From NCBI GenBank assembly GCA_040400605.1, contig JBBAPZ010000002.1, positions 5,970 to 69,969 on the forward strand: a stretch of DNA of 64,000 nt. Direction: 5' to 3'. Below the pieces are notes generated by a model. It searched no databases, was not told the DNA's origin, and was given only the letters and a program-made list of their open reading frames with translations. Positions 9,976-19,018 of this stretch are shown one piece after another. The DNA is from Candidatus Sericytochromatia bacterium (GTDB taxonomy: Bacteria > Cyanobacteriota > Sericytochromatia > S15B-MN24 > JAQBPE01). The number at the start of each line of letters is the position of its first letter. The first letter of the stretch is position 1. The position numbers were made by a program, and so were the translations under genes.

Positions 9976-10701
9976 ATGGCTGTTTTAACCGTGATCAACG
10001 CGGGCAATACCGTGGTGCGTGTGGTGGCAATGACCTTGGATCACCGTGTTGTGTCCGATGAGCGCCATGCGACTTCGGAGGTGTTGCAAAACGGTTTGAA
10101 CAGGTCTGTGCTTGTCGGTCCGCTTGTATTGGTGTCTGTGGTCCCTCGTATCACGGAATGTTTGCGTGGGTATGCCGAGTTGTGGGAGTTGACGGCATGC
10201 GCCGTGTCTTGTGTCGTGGCTTACAATCCCCCCGGTTCTTTGGGTGCCGACCGTTTGGCCAATGCCATCGCCTTGCTCGGACGTCGCCAGTTTGGCGTCG
10301 TCATCGATTGTGGTACTGCAACAACCTTCACGGTGGTCAACCCGGAAGGCATTATACTTGGTGGCGCGATCATGCCAGGCCTTGGCACGATGCGTGACAG
10401 CCTCGCCAAGCGCACCGCGCAACTACCATCTGTGGCGCTTGAAGTGCCAACAGCGCACTGGGGTTGCGACACGACGACGTCGATGCAAATCGGCATTTTG
10501 CAAGGACACCTCGGTGCCATCTCTCATCTCGCTTCCCGGATGCTTCAGGCTTTGCCTGCGGGTGGTCAACTGGTGTTGACCGGTGGTTGGTCACGTCTTT
10601 TGACCCCTCACCTTCACTTGCCGCACGTGTGCGCCCCCGATTTGACCATCGAGGGCGCAGCGCTTGCCTGGTCCGCGTTCAGGCTCAGTTCAGGAAATTG
10701 A
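9976..10701 (+). CDS. coaX: Type III pantothenate kinase (CoaX/Baf family)
   Basis: [23 protein letters not shown] and GGAIMPG motifs. The start is taken at the internal ATG 9976 ([12 protein letters not shown]). Confidence 0.75.
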   Translation: MAVLTVINAGNTVVRVVAMTLDHRVVSDERHATSEVLQNGLNRSVLVGPLVLVSVVPRITECLRGYAELWELTACAVSCVVAYNPPGSLGADRLANAIALLGRRQFGVVIDCGTATTFTVVNPEGIILGGAIMPGLGTMRDSLAKRTAQLPSVALEVPTAHWGCDTTTSMQIGILQGHLGAISHLASRMLQALPAGGQLVLTGGWSRLLTPHLHLPHVCAPDLTIEGAALAWSAFRLSSGN

Positions 10702-12454
10702 CCACTTGGTTCATCTTGAGACCAAGGTGAAGCATCAACCGGTTTTGTGCATCGTCGAGATCGATTTGCGTGATGTCTCGAATGCGTTCCAACCGATATT
10801 TCAAGGTGTTGCGATGGATGAAGAGTTTCGCGGATGTCTCCGTCAAATTGCCATTGCAATCCAGGAAGGCTTCGATGGTTTTGACCAGCTCTTTGTCTGT
10901 TTGCTGGTTGTAATCGATCAACCGCTGCAACGGCTCACAGCAAAACGCCTGCGGATCCTGATTTTGTGAAAACAGCAACAACATGCGGTAAATTCCCAGA
11001 TCCTTGAAGAAACTGACCTGACACGACCCTTGTAAACTCTGACCGATTTTCAAGGCATGGCCCGCTGCCGTGAAAGCCCTCGGTATCCCCAACAAACCCG
11101 CACTCGGCTCGGACACACCGACGTTAAAGGAACGTCCCGGCCACGCAGCCAACAGCTTTTGCCTGATGGCCAATGCCAAGTGTTGCAACTTCTCAAAGTG
11201 CGGTTGACCTTCCTTGATGGGATACAAAACGGTCGCACCTTGCGCCTGCTGCACCACTAACGCCTGTCTGAAACTCAATTGGGCACTCAGCAGACCCATC
11301 AAACGAGCCGCATCCTCGTGCGTCACGCCCTCTTCGTCCGCACCATCGACAAATTCGATCTGCATCACCCAGTAGGCAGTATCCAAAGCATAGCCCAAGT
11401 AATTGGCACGCCTGCGAATGGCCTCAAGATGCGTGGGACTCGATGCCAACAACAAATCTCGAAAGAAATCACGGCGCATGCGCTGATCCGAATCACTGGC
11501 ACCCCGTAACTTCAACAACTCAATCGCCACCGCAAAAAGACCCGCCTCCAACAAATCCTCCGGCAATGACTCATCCACGCCATCACTGAGAATCGAAAAA
11601 TACCCCAGTACATCACCTTCCATCACCACCGGATGAATCGTGCGTGTTTTCCCGTTCACGACGACATGAGCCGTACGCTGGTCCCCACGAACCCGACGCA
11701 ACGTCCCATCCGATTCCCAAGCCTGCACCTGCTGCACCGGTGTTCCTTTGTGCTGCAACAATTCATCGAAATACGGCTCGTGAACCTGGTCATGTGTTGA
11801 TAGCGCCAACAGACCAAAGAGACGATCCTCCACGAATACACTGCGCTCCAACTGACGCGACAGATAACCGGTGATGGCCTCCATGCCGTCCCCGGTGGAG
11901 ACAAGCTTTAACAAGGAGCGATGGGCATCAGTGACGTGGCGTGTGGATTGTGAACACCCTTCGGCGATCGCCCCCTCCAGCGGGTCAAGCAACTTACGCA
12001 TGTGCACCGGATCCGCCATCACCAATACGGGAAAATTACGCTTGGCTGCAACCTGCAATGCATCATCCGGTATCAACTGCACGAAACGACTCGCCAACAC
12101 CACAACCCCCGACGCCCCTGAATCATCAAGACCGCTCAAAAAATTAATCCATCGACTTGAATCATCACCAAGTAGGCAGCCCGTCGTAAATACCAATTCA
12201 CCACCCGTCAACCAACCCACCGCATCCGGCAACTCCAAAGGCATGACCCGCCCAACCAGACGCTCCAAGCCCGACTCACCCGCCAAAACAGATGCGGCAC
12301 CCATCACCGGCACCAACAACAACGATCGCAAACTCATTCCGACAATACCAGCCCCACGCGCGGCATCAACCACCGCACGCCCCACCGATGTTTCAACACA
12401 CGCAGGCACCCGCGCCGCCGTCTGTACCTGATTTCCAACCATCCGCTGAGTCAT
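10685..12454 (-). CDS. PucR-family transcriptional regulator
   Basis: C-terminal PucR-type HTH (TETSAKLFIHRNTLKYRLERIRDITQIDLDD). Large N-terminal sensory region. ATG at 12454 with GGAGGG upstream. The 3' end overlaps coaX convergently by 17 nt. Confidence 0.8.
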   Translation of the reverse strand: MTQRMVGNQVQTAARVPACVETSVGRAVVDAARGAGIVGMSLRSLLLVPVMGAASVLAGESGLERLVGRVMPLELPDAVGWLTGGELVFTTGCLLGDDSSRWINFLSGLDDSGASGVVVLASRFVQLIPDDALQVAAKRNFPVLVMADPVHMRKLLDPLEGAIAEGCSQSTRHVTDAHRSLLKLVSTGDGMEAITGYLSRQLERSVFVEDRLFGLLALSTHDQVHEPYFDELLQHKGTPVQQVQAWESDGTLRRVRGDQRTAHVVVNGKTRTIHPVVMEGDVLGYFSILSDGVDESLPEDLLEAGLFAVAIELLKLRGASDSDQRMRRDFFRDLLLASSPTHLEAIRRRANYLGYALDTAYWVMQIEFVDGADEEGVTHEDAARLMGLLSAQLSFRQALVVQQAQGATVLYPIKEGQPHFEKLQHLALAIRQKLLAAWPGRSFNVGVSEPSAGLLGIPRAFTAAGHALKIGQSLQGSCQVSFFKDLGIYRMLLLFSQNQDPQAFCCEPLQRLIDYNQQTDKELVKTIEAFLDCNGNLTETSAKLFIHRNTLKYRLERIRDITQIDLDDAQNRLMLHLGLKMNQVVNFLN

Positions 12455-12573
12455 TGCCACCCCTCCATTTTTTACTGCCAGGTCACCAACACAACATGTT
12501 CAGTGCGCTGTAACTCAATGTAAAGTTTTGTAACGGTGGCAAGCTTAATATAATTTAACATAACATGCAACCC

Positions 12574-12624
12574 TTTTTTTTAAAAAAGTTAAAAAGACAA
12601 ATGAGCGAATCTCGCTCATTTGTC
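12574..12624 (-). terminator. Rho-independent terminator downstream of the amidase gene
   Basis: Perfect 13-bp stem GACAAATGAGCGA/TCGCTCATTTGTC (12596-12624) with a 3-nt loop. On the minus strand it is followed by TTTTTAACTTTTTT. Confidence 0.7.
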
Positions 12625-12703
12625 CGCAGTAAAAATTTCAATCGGTCAATTGGCAGTCAGGGCGCTGATTTCGGCTTGTTGTTTGGAGCGCCTGATGTTT
12701 GGA

Positions 12704-14098
12704 TCAGTTTTCAAGGCTGTTCTGCCCGATGGTTGCGATTTGGTTGGTTGTAAAGAAGTCTTCGAGGCCGGAGGCGATGGCTGTTGCCATTTGGTTTTGG
12801 AAAGAGGGGTCGATCAGTTTATTTGCCTCGTCGGGGTTGGAGATGAAGCCTGTCTCGAGCAGGATGGACGGCACGCGCGTGTGGCGCAAGACGTAGAGTT
12901 GCTCCTGTTTGACACCTCTGTTTTGATGTTTGAAGCGTGCGGCTGCGTGGTTGTGAATGAGTTCTGCAAATTTTTGGGAGGTGGGCTCGCGATAGAAGGT
13001 TTCGAATCCGCTGGCTGCACTGGTGGTGTGCGAATTGACATGAAGGCTGACGAAGGCGTCAGCACCGATGGTGTCGATCATCCGCAAGCGTGGTTCAAGC
13101 AGCAATTCCGCGTCGGTGGAGCGGGTCAATACGGCATTGATGCCACGCTGCAACAGCGAAAACTTGAGCATTTTGGCAATTCCCAAGCATACGTCTTTTT
13201 CCGAGCGGCCTTGAGGACCGATGGCCCCGGGGTCACTACCACCGTGTCCGGGATCAATCAGAATCAAGGGTGCACCCGCAAATCGCCTCGGGTTTTCTTT
13301 CGTCCAGATCAGTACCATCCGTTGTTGTTGTGATTCGATGCGCTGATCCAAATTATAAACACCGGGTGCGAGCGTCACCTTCAATGTCCAGCCGCCACGC
13401 GGTTTTGCCACGCGTTCGAAACGTTGAAAAATGCTGTCTGGGGTGGGCAATGCACCTTTGAACATTTCCCCTTGCAAGTGGATATCCAAATGGGTGGCAT
13501 CCACTTGCGCGAGCACCGGTCGCAAATGCTGCAGGCCGCCGAAGCTTAACTCGGCTTCTTCACCTGTTTCACGGGCGAAAATGCCGTGGGTGACTTTCGG
13601 GGGTGGCGGTGTTTCGGGTTGGTTGATCAACGCGGCAAGTTCCTGCCGATTCTGGTGCGACGCGCTGACCACAAGATCCTGTTTGCCCCGCAGACTGATG
13701 ACCTGAAAGGGCACGACATCCTGGCAATCAACCACCACGCGAATCCCACCAGATGGTGTACGGGCGATTCTGATCCGCTGAATGACCGGATCGTTGATCG
13801 CGATGGTTCGCGCCATGCGCGGATTCGCCAAAGTGGCTGTCGGGAGATCCAAGACGAAACGGGTCGGCTTGCTCAGCCACGATATGTCGGGTGCCAAGGC
13901 TGCATCGGCGCTCACGTGAAGGCCGAAATTTCGCCAGTCAATCTGATGAATGACAGGGCCCACAGGTGCGCCAGCGGCGGCGCGAGGCGCAAGACCAAGC
14001 AGCACGATGCCAAGCAACAACCACAAGACCGTAGCGACGACGCGATAACAGCCGCCGGCCCATTGTGTTCTAGGTTGTGTGCCGGAATTGGATGCCAC
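12704..14098 (-). CDS. N-acetylmuramoyl-L-alanine amidase with N-terminal AMIN domain(s) (AmiB/AmiC architecture)
   Basis: Signal/TM segment. AMIN-like segment (TRFVLDLP...IRIARTPSGGIRVVVD). C-terminal Amidase_3 domain (ILIDPGHGGSDPGAIG...FVSLHVNS...ILLETGFISN). GTG start. Confidence 0.88.
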   Translation of the reverse strand: MASNSGTQPRTQWAGGCYRVVATVLWLLLGIVLLGLAPRAAAGAPVGPVIHQIDWRNFGLHVSADAALAPDISWLSKPTRFVLDLPTATLANPRMARTIAINDPVIQRIRIARTPSGGIRVVVDCQDVVPFQVISLRGKQDLVVSASHQNRQELAALINQPETPPPPKVTHGIFARETGEEAELSFGGLQHLRPVLAQVDATHLDIHLQGEMFKGALPTPDSIFQRFERVAKPRGGWTLKVTLAPGVYNLDQRIESQQQRMVLIWTKENPRRFAGAPLILIDPGHGGSDPGAIGPQGRSEKDVCLGIAKMLKFSLLQRGINAVLTRSTDAELLLEPRLRMIDTIGADAFVSLHVNSHTTSAASGFETFYREPTSQKFAELIHNHAAARFKHQNRGVKQEQLYVLRHTRVPSILLETGFISNPDEANKLIDPSFQNQMATAIASGLEDFFTTNQIATIGQNSLEN

Positions 14099-14627
14099 CC
14101 CGATAAGTTTCCTTTTCAGCTCAGTCTCGGCGCCCGGGAACCGTCGACGGTTAGCAGTCTAGCCGCGTACGCAGCGCGAAACAGTGACCGTTACACCATT
14201 CGCACGGGTGAACGGTGTTTTGGACGACAAACTTGAGTTGCCCAGATGGCGTTGGCATCGTCAGGAAGGCAACCGTCTGGTGGGCAGCTTGCGAGGACTT
14301 GTGTGGCAGCGCAGATGAGCGCTCTCAATCCCGAATGCGGGTGTTGCCACCGTGCATTGCGTTCATTTAACTCGTCAAGCGACACGAAGATGAACAAAAC
14401 GGTGTTGTGATAAGATGAAAGCGGTACTGTTCCATTTCGACATCGCTCGGGTCTTCTGCCGATAACTGGGTTGAGAAACGCGCTTTTGTGCGTTGCTGTC
14501 AAGAGAATCCCGCAAGGGAGCGTCTGGTTCAAGGTGCCGAGTGGCGTCAACTGATGGCAGATGGGATTCGAGTCGATGCCCTGTGGGCACAGTTTTGTGT
14601 AGCCAATGCGACGGGAGGAGAATAACG

Positions 14628-14909
14628 ATGAGTGCCCCAGAAATTGTGGCCTACCTCAAACCAGTGTGTGGCTGGAGCAACGGGGTTCGTGCCGTGTTCA
14701 GCAAGTATGGGTTGGCGTACGAAGATAAGGACATTATCAATAATCCGGTCAATTACCAGGAAATGGTCATGAAAAGTGGCCAGCCGTTGTCGCCGTGTGT
14801 GATGATCAACGGTGAGATGTTGGCTGATGTCGGCGGTGATGAAGTTGAAGCCTACCTGGTGAGCAAGGACTTGGTTCAAGCTCCGAACGTTCAGGTTGAA
14901 ATCGCCTGA
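14628..14909 (+). CDS. Glutaredoxin-like protein, monothiol CGWS variant
   Basis: ATG at 14628 preceded by GGGAGGAG. The 93-aa thioredoxin-fold pattern is IVAYLKPVCGWSNGV...SPCVMINGE. The track ORF starts at 14493. Confidence 0.7.
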   Translation: MSAPEIVAYLKPVCGWSNGVRAVFSKYGLAYEDKDIINNPVNYQEMVMKSGQPLSPCVMINGEMLADVGGDEVEAYLVSKDLVQAPNVQVEIA

Positions 14910-14931
14910 TCGGGGTTGAATTTAATGCCAT

Positions 14932-14971
14932 GAGGCTTCCGTTACTCAAAACGGAAGCCTCGTGGCGTTTT
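14932..14971 (+). terminator. Rho-independent terminator after the glutaredoxin-like gene
   Basis: Perfect 12-bp stem GAGGCTTCCGTT/AACGGAAGCCTC with a 6-nt loop, followed by GTGGCGTTTT. Confidence 0.6.
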
Positions 14972-14987
14972 ACTGTTGATTGGGTGC

Positions 14988-15569
14988 TCACAGGCGGAGG
15001 CGTAAACCTGCCCAACCGAGTTCACTCAGGCTGAAGGGCCACGTCGGAATGATGGTGGCTTCCAGGATGCCCATGCGATAGGCCAGTTCGGGGGTGAATG
15101 CGAAGCGTTGCGCCGAACTGGACCAATCGGTGTTATATAACTGAAAACCGGCTCGCAAAGTCAGGCCGCTTTCGGTGAGTAAAGAGACCAACATACCAGA
15201 TTGCCAGCCCCAAGTGGGTGGCTGGGCCTGGTTGCCCGCCAACATGACCCGTGACTGCAAAGCACCCGCGTTGAAGGCGACAAACAGGCCGCTTTCGGGA
15301 TTGGACACCAGTTGCCACGTGCCACGGTAGTACCAGTTCAAAGGAGCCCACAGGTTGTCGACCGCGACACCCGCGCTGAGGCGATCCGTCAAGGCGAAGT
15401 CCAGTGCCCCCGAATTTCCGAAAACATAGGTTAAGGCGAGTTCCTTGTCGCGAAAATCTGCCTTGGCTTCGCGAAAATCAACCTTAGGGGGCGCGGCCGA
15501 CACAGGCATGAGCCACGCCAACCACAGGCAAACGGCTGTGACCGATTGAGCCAAAAAAGCGCTTCGCAT
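14988..15569 (-). CDS. Putative small outer-membrane beta-barrel protein
   Basis: Signal peptide (CLWLAWLMPVSAAP) followed by alternating hydrophobic/polar beta-strand-like repeats rich in G/Y/W/F. No recognisable family motif. Confidence 0.4.
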   Translation of the reverse strand: MRSAFLAQSVTAVCLWLAWLMPVSAAPPKVDFREAKADFRDKELALTYVFGNSGALDFALTDRLSAGVAVDNLWAPLNWYYRGTWQLVSNPESGLFVAFNAGALQSRVMLAGNQAQPPTWGWQSGMLVSLLTESGLTLRAGFQLYNTDWSSSAQRFAFTPELAYRMGILEATIIPTWPFSLSELGWAGLRLRL

Positions 15570-15763
15570 CGCTACTCCTTGATGTCACGGGGCTGTTTAC
15601 CCTAAGCGTTCAGTGTAGCAGTTTTCCATCATCACACCGAGAACCAGCGGGTACCGCAACGAACCTGGCGGTAACCTGTAATTGGCATGGGGATCACCGC
15701 TTCAACGCCGCTTGATGGGGTATATATGAACCGGTATCGTGGAGACATGGCTGCAGGTGTGAA

Positions 15764-16309
15764 ATGAGTCCTTTTCGATACAAACTGCAAAAAGTTCTGG
15801 ACCTTATGGAAAAGCGTGAAAAGCAGGTCGATGCCGAGGTGCTGGCTGCAAAAGCCAAGCGCGATGCCGAAGCGGATGCCTTGCGGGCCATCACCGTCCG
15901 TCAAAGTGCCGCGCAAAAAGGTTTACAGGCGCAAATGGCCCAAGGCGCCACGCCGGACGTCGCAGCGAGCAATGACTACATTCAGGCGCTTGGCCTGCGT
16001 GCGGAGGCGCAGGCAAAACGGGTAAAAGAAGCCGAACAGGTGCTTGAAGTCGCTACTAAAAAACAAATGGAAGTGCGCAGGGACCGTCAGCGTATCGAGA
16101 AACACAAAGATATGAAACGTGTGCTTTATCAAGTGGAGGAAAAAGCCAAAGAAGCGAAGCGCATCGATGAGATGGCGGGGACCATGTTTATGAAAAAGCG
16201 TCAACGGGATGAGGAGGCTTTGACGGAAGAGCAGGAACGCCTTGAAAAACTGGAAAAGTTAAAGTTGCTCAAAGCCCTGCGGGAAAAGCGGGAAGAAGGC
16301 TATCGATGA
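15764..16309 (+). CDS. fliJ: Flagellar export chaperone FliJ-like coiled-coil protein
   Basis: N-terminus FRYKLQKVLDLMEKREKQ and later KHKDMKRVLYQVEEKAKEAKRIDEMA match the FliJ pattern. A FliK-like gene follows with a 4-nt overlap. Confidence 0.65.
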   Translation: MSPFRYKLQKVLDLMEKREKQVDAEVLAAKAKRDAEADALRAITVRQSAAQKGLQAQMAQGATPDVAASNDYIQALGLRAEAQAKRVKEAEQVLEVATKKQMEVRRDRQRIEKHKDMKRVLYQVEEKAKEAKRIDEMAGTMFMKKRQRDEEALTEEQERLEKLEKLKLLKALREKREEGYR

Positions 16310-17163
16310 TTCCGGATTTACGCCTGCAGGGTCTTTTGTCATCGGTTCCTGCCGCAAGGTTGACTTCTGCTGATGAACGTGCGGACTTACGACGACCGGA
16401 ACAGGAGGATGAAACCCGTCGTCTGCAACGCATGATCGAATTTGAGCGGTGGATGCGTCGCGCGCTCGAAAAAAAAGAAGAAGTGGAGGGCGTGGTTGCC
16501 TATGGCCAAGGCTTGGCGTTGTTACCCGTCATGGTGCCACCTTCAACGGGTTCAACGTCTGATTATGCCGCGACGGGACTATCGACCCAGTCCGGTCAGC
16601 AACAATCCGCTCAACCAAGTTTTGACTGGAATGTTTGGAGCCGCCAGCAGAACTCAAGCGCTGCCACTGAGTTGGATGTTTCTGCACTGGTGACGGCTCC
16701 GGTGCGCTTGCCTTACGTGCCCGAGGTGATTGACGATACCGGTCAGGATGATGCCAATACCTTGCGCATCCCTGCGCAACTGTTCCCGGAGATTGCCAGC
16801 GGCCATATTACCCATGCGGTGGAACAACAGGTTCCGGTCACCCGTTTGGATTTCATGTTGACGCCGCCCGAGTATGGTCAGGTTCAATTGCAGGTGTCGC
16901 TGCAAGCGGGGCAAGTGCATGTGCAGGTTCAAACCGCATCGGTTCAGGCTACCAGTAATCTGGAACAATTTGTGCCACGTATCCGTGAGATTTTGGGTGA
17001 GTATCATTTAACCCCTGGCAGTGTGCAGGTGATCACCGGTGTGGCAGCCAAGTCTGGTGCGGGGGGGGCAAGTGCCAAAGGCGAGCGAGGAGCCTTTGGA
17101 TTTGCTGGCACCAACCGACGCCGGCGCGGCGATTATGACGATCCGGGCGTGATCACGACCTGA
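16306..17163 (+). CDS. Flagellar hook-length control protein-like (Flg_hook C-terminal domain)
   Basis: C-terminal TRLDFMLTPPEYGQVQLQVSLQAGQVHVQVQTAS...REILGEYHLTPGSVQV fits the FliK C-terminal domain pattern. Q/S/P-rich central region. Confidence 0.6.
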   Translation: MIPDLRLQGLLSSVPAARLTSADERADLRRPEQEDETRRLQRMIEFERWMRRALEKKEEVEGVVAYGQGLALLPVMVPPSTGSTSDYAATGLSTQSGQQQSAQPSFDWNVWSRQQNSSAATELDVSALVTAPVRLPYVPEVIDDTGQDDANTLRIPAQLFPEIASGHITHAVEQQVPVTRLDFMLTPPEYGQVQLQVSLQAGQVHVQVQTASVQATSNLEQFVPRIREILGEYHLTPGSVQVITGVAAKSGAGGASAKGERGAFGFAGTNRRRRGDYDDPGVITT

Positions 17164-17167
17164 ACCG

Positions 17168-18970
17168 TTAAAACTGAATTCCATTTGCGTGACTGCGCCA
17201 GACGGTTTCCAGCCAATCCAGACAATCAGCGACGGTGGGGTTGGCCGACCGTTGGATGGCGATGATATGCCCGCCTGCAAGGGGTTGTTCAAGTTGTTCA
17301 ACCGCTGACCAAAAGCTCGCATCAGGGCGTGAGCGGGTCATTCTGACAAGATTGCCGTCATAGGCTGACACGTCCGTCACGCCGCGCAGGATGCCAAAGG
17401 CTCGCCGATCCTGTCGTACGAAAGTCGCACCGATCGTTTCCGACTGGTAATTGGTCAAAACGACGCCCCATCCTTCGGGTGTCGCGAACTTGGCGGCCTC
17501 TGCCTTGCACTGATTCAGCAGCACGTTGGTTTGCTGCAGCGTTACACCAAAGCCGTCTTCATCGGCAGTTACTGGCAGCGCGTGCGCAAAGCCCATCAGC
17601 GAAATGGCGGCCGGACGATGTGGCGCTTCATAACGGGCCAAAGGATTTCGATGGGCCTGCGCCAGCACGCGCTGATGCTGGTCTTTCAACAAGATACCTG
17701 CGCGGCGAATCACCGCTTGAAGGGCTCCAGTCAGACCACTTTGTGTTTGCTTGGCTTCCAGTGCGATGCGTGGCATATTCAGGCTCAGCAATGCGGAGGC
17801 GCTGTAGCCATCCGGCAGGAAGCATTTTTCGAATGCGATACACCCCTTGCGCACCGCGAGCGCTGCCGCCTCGCAAACGCGTGCATCACGTCGTGCTTCG
17901 TCAAATGAGCGTGACCATTCCATCACAATTCTGGGTTGGATGGGTTGGGAGGCGTCTTCTCGCAGGCTCGTCCAGATCTCAAGCAACGCCAAGGTGACAC
18001 GCTGTGCGGCTGCGTCTGGCGTGTCGCTGAGTCGAAGATGAATGCGACCGGGCATGGCACCCGCGTTACAGGCCACCAGCAAGGCACGCAGGCATCGTTT
18101 GAGCCCGACATCGTCGTGGTTGATTGCAAACGGAGCCATTGCCTGATCAAATCGATCCAAGCTGACATGGGCATAACCCCATTCTTTTGCCTGGGCCAAC
18201 AGTAGCCGCAACCAATCGGTCGCTTGCTCCAAATCCGTTGGACGCCCAATTATTAGCCCGCCCACGTGTAACTTGTCCTGGAACAGATTGTCGGGTGTGA
18301 GAATCAATGCTCGGCTGACTTGACCATAAAGTGCCAGATCGTGAACGTGCCACAGACCGCCATGGTGGGCCTCTGCGTCGCCCTCCGTGAGAATGCGGTT
18401 CAGGGAGAATTGTTGGCTTGCGGCCAATCCGACGGCGAGGGGAGGGGGCGAGACGTTCAAGTCTGGTGTTTCGTCGGGTTGCATGATGTCTGCGACGAGA
18501 TCCATGAGTTCTGATTTACCCTCTCGGATCCGACTTCGTTTCGCACGATGAAGGATGAACGCTTTGGCGGTGCGCGCGTGCCCATTTTCGATCAGCACTT
18601 TTTCGATGATATCCTGGGTGAGTTCGACAGACGGCATCTGCTCCCGTGCGAGCCGATTAAGCCGTTCAAGCACTTGATCCGTCAGGGCTTGCGCCACATC
18701 ACGATCACTTCCAGCAACCGCCTGGGCCGCTTTCATGATCGCCATCACGATTTTGTCGCGATCAAACGTCGCTTGGCGCCCGTCGCGTTTCGTGATAACC
18801 CGAATGTCAATTGTGTCTTGTACCATCGATTGATTCCCACCCCAAACTGCGTGTGTAAACGGTACCGACTGATCGTCACGACGGTTGACCGTTACCGTTG
18901 TCCAATCATAACCGATCTGGCCAAGCTGTTGGCCAAGACTGTTCAAGCTGACGTGGAATCCCTGCGACAA
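17168..18970 (-). CDS. ATP-cone domain protein with NrdD-like (class III ribonucleotide reductase-like) body, lacking a recognisable glycyl-radical C-terminus
   Basis: ATP-cone (IRVITKRDGRQATFDRDKIVMAIMKA...ARTAKAFILHRAKR), then EAHHGGLWHVHDL reminiscent of NrdD. No RVCGY-type glycyl radical motif or CxxC zinc ribbon in the last 80 aa. Confidence 0.55.
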   Translation of the reverse strand: MSQGFHVSLNSLGQQLGQIGYDWTTVTVNRRDDQSVPFTHAVWGGNQSMVQDTIDIRVITKRDGRQATFDRDKIVMAIMKAAQAVAGSDRDVAQALTDQVLERLNRLAREQMPSVELTQDIIEKVLIENGHARTAKAFILHRAKRSRIREGKSELMDLVADIMQPDETPDLNVSPPPLAVGLAASQQFSLNRILTEGDAEAHHGGLWHVHDLALYGQVSRALILTPDNLFQDKLHVGGLIIGRPTDLEQATDWLRLLLAQAKEWGYAHVSLDRFDQAMAPFAINHDDVGLKRCLRALLVACNAGAMPGRIHLRLSDTPDAAAQRVTLALLEIWTSLREDASQPIQPRIVMEWSRSFDEARRDARVCEAAALAVRKGCIAFEKCFLPDGYSASALLSLNMPRIALEAKQTQSGLTGALQAVIRRAGILLKDQHQRVLAQAHRNPLARYEAPHRPAAISLMGFAHALPVTADEDGFGVTLQQTNVLLNQCKAEAAKFATPEGWGVVLTNYQSETIGATFVRQDRRAFGILRGVTDVSAYDGNLVRMTRSRPDASFWSAVEQLEQPLAGGHIIAIQRSANPTVADCLDWLETVWRSHANGIQF

Positions 18971-19018
18971 GGTGCGCTAGCGTGAGATGGGATTGTTGGC
19001 GCTTCAGGAGTAAACCGC

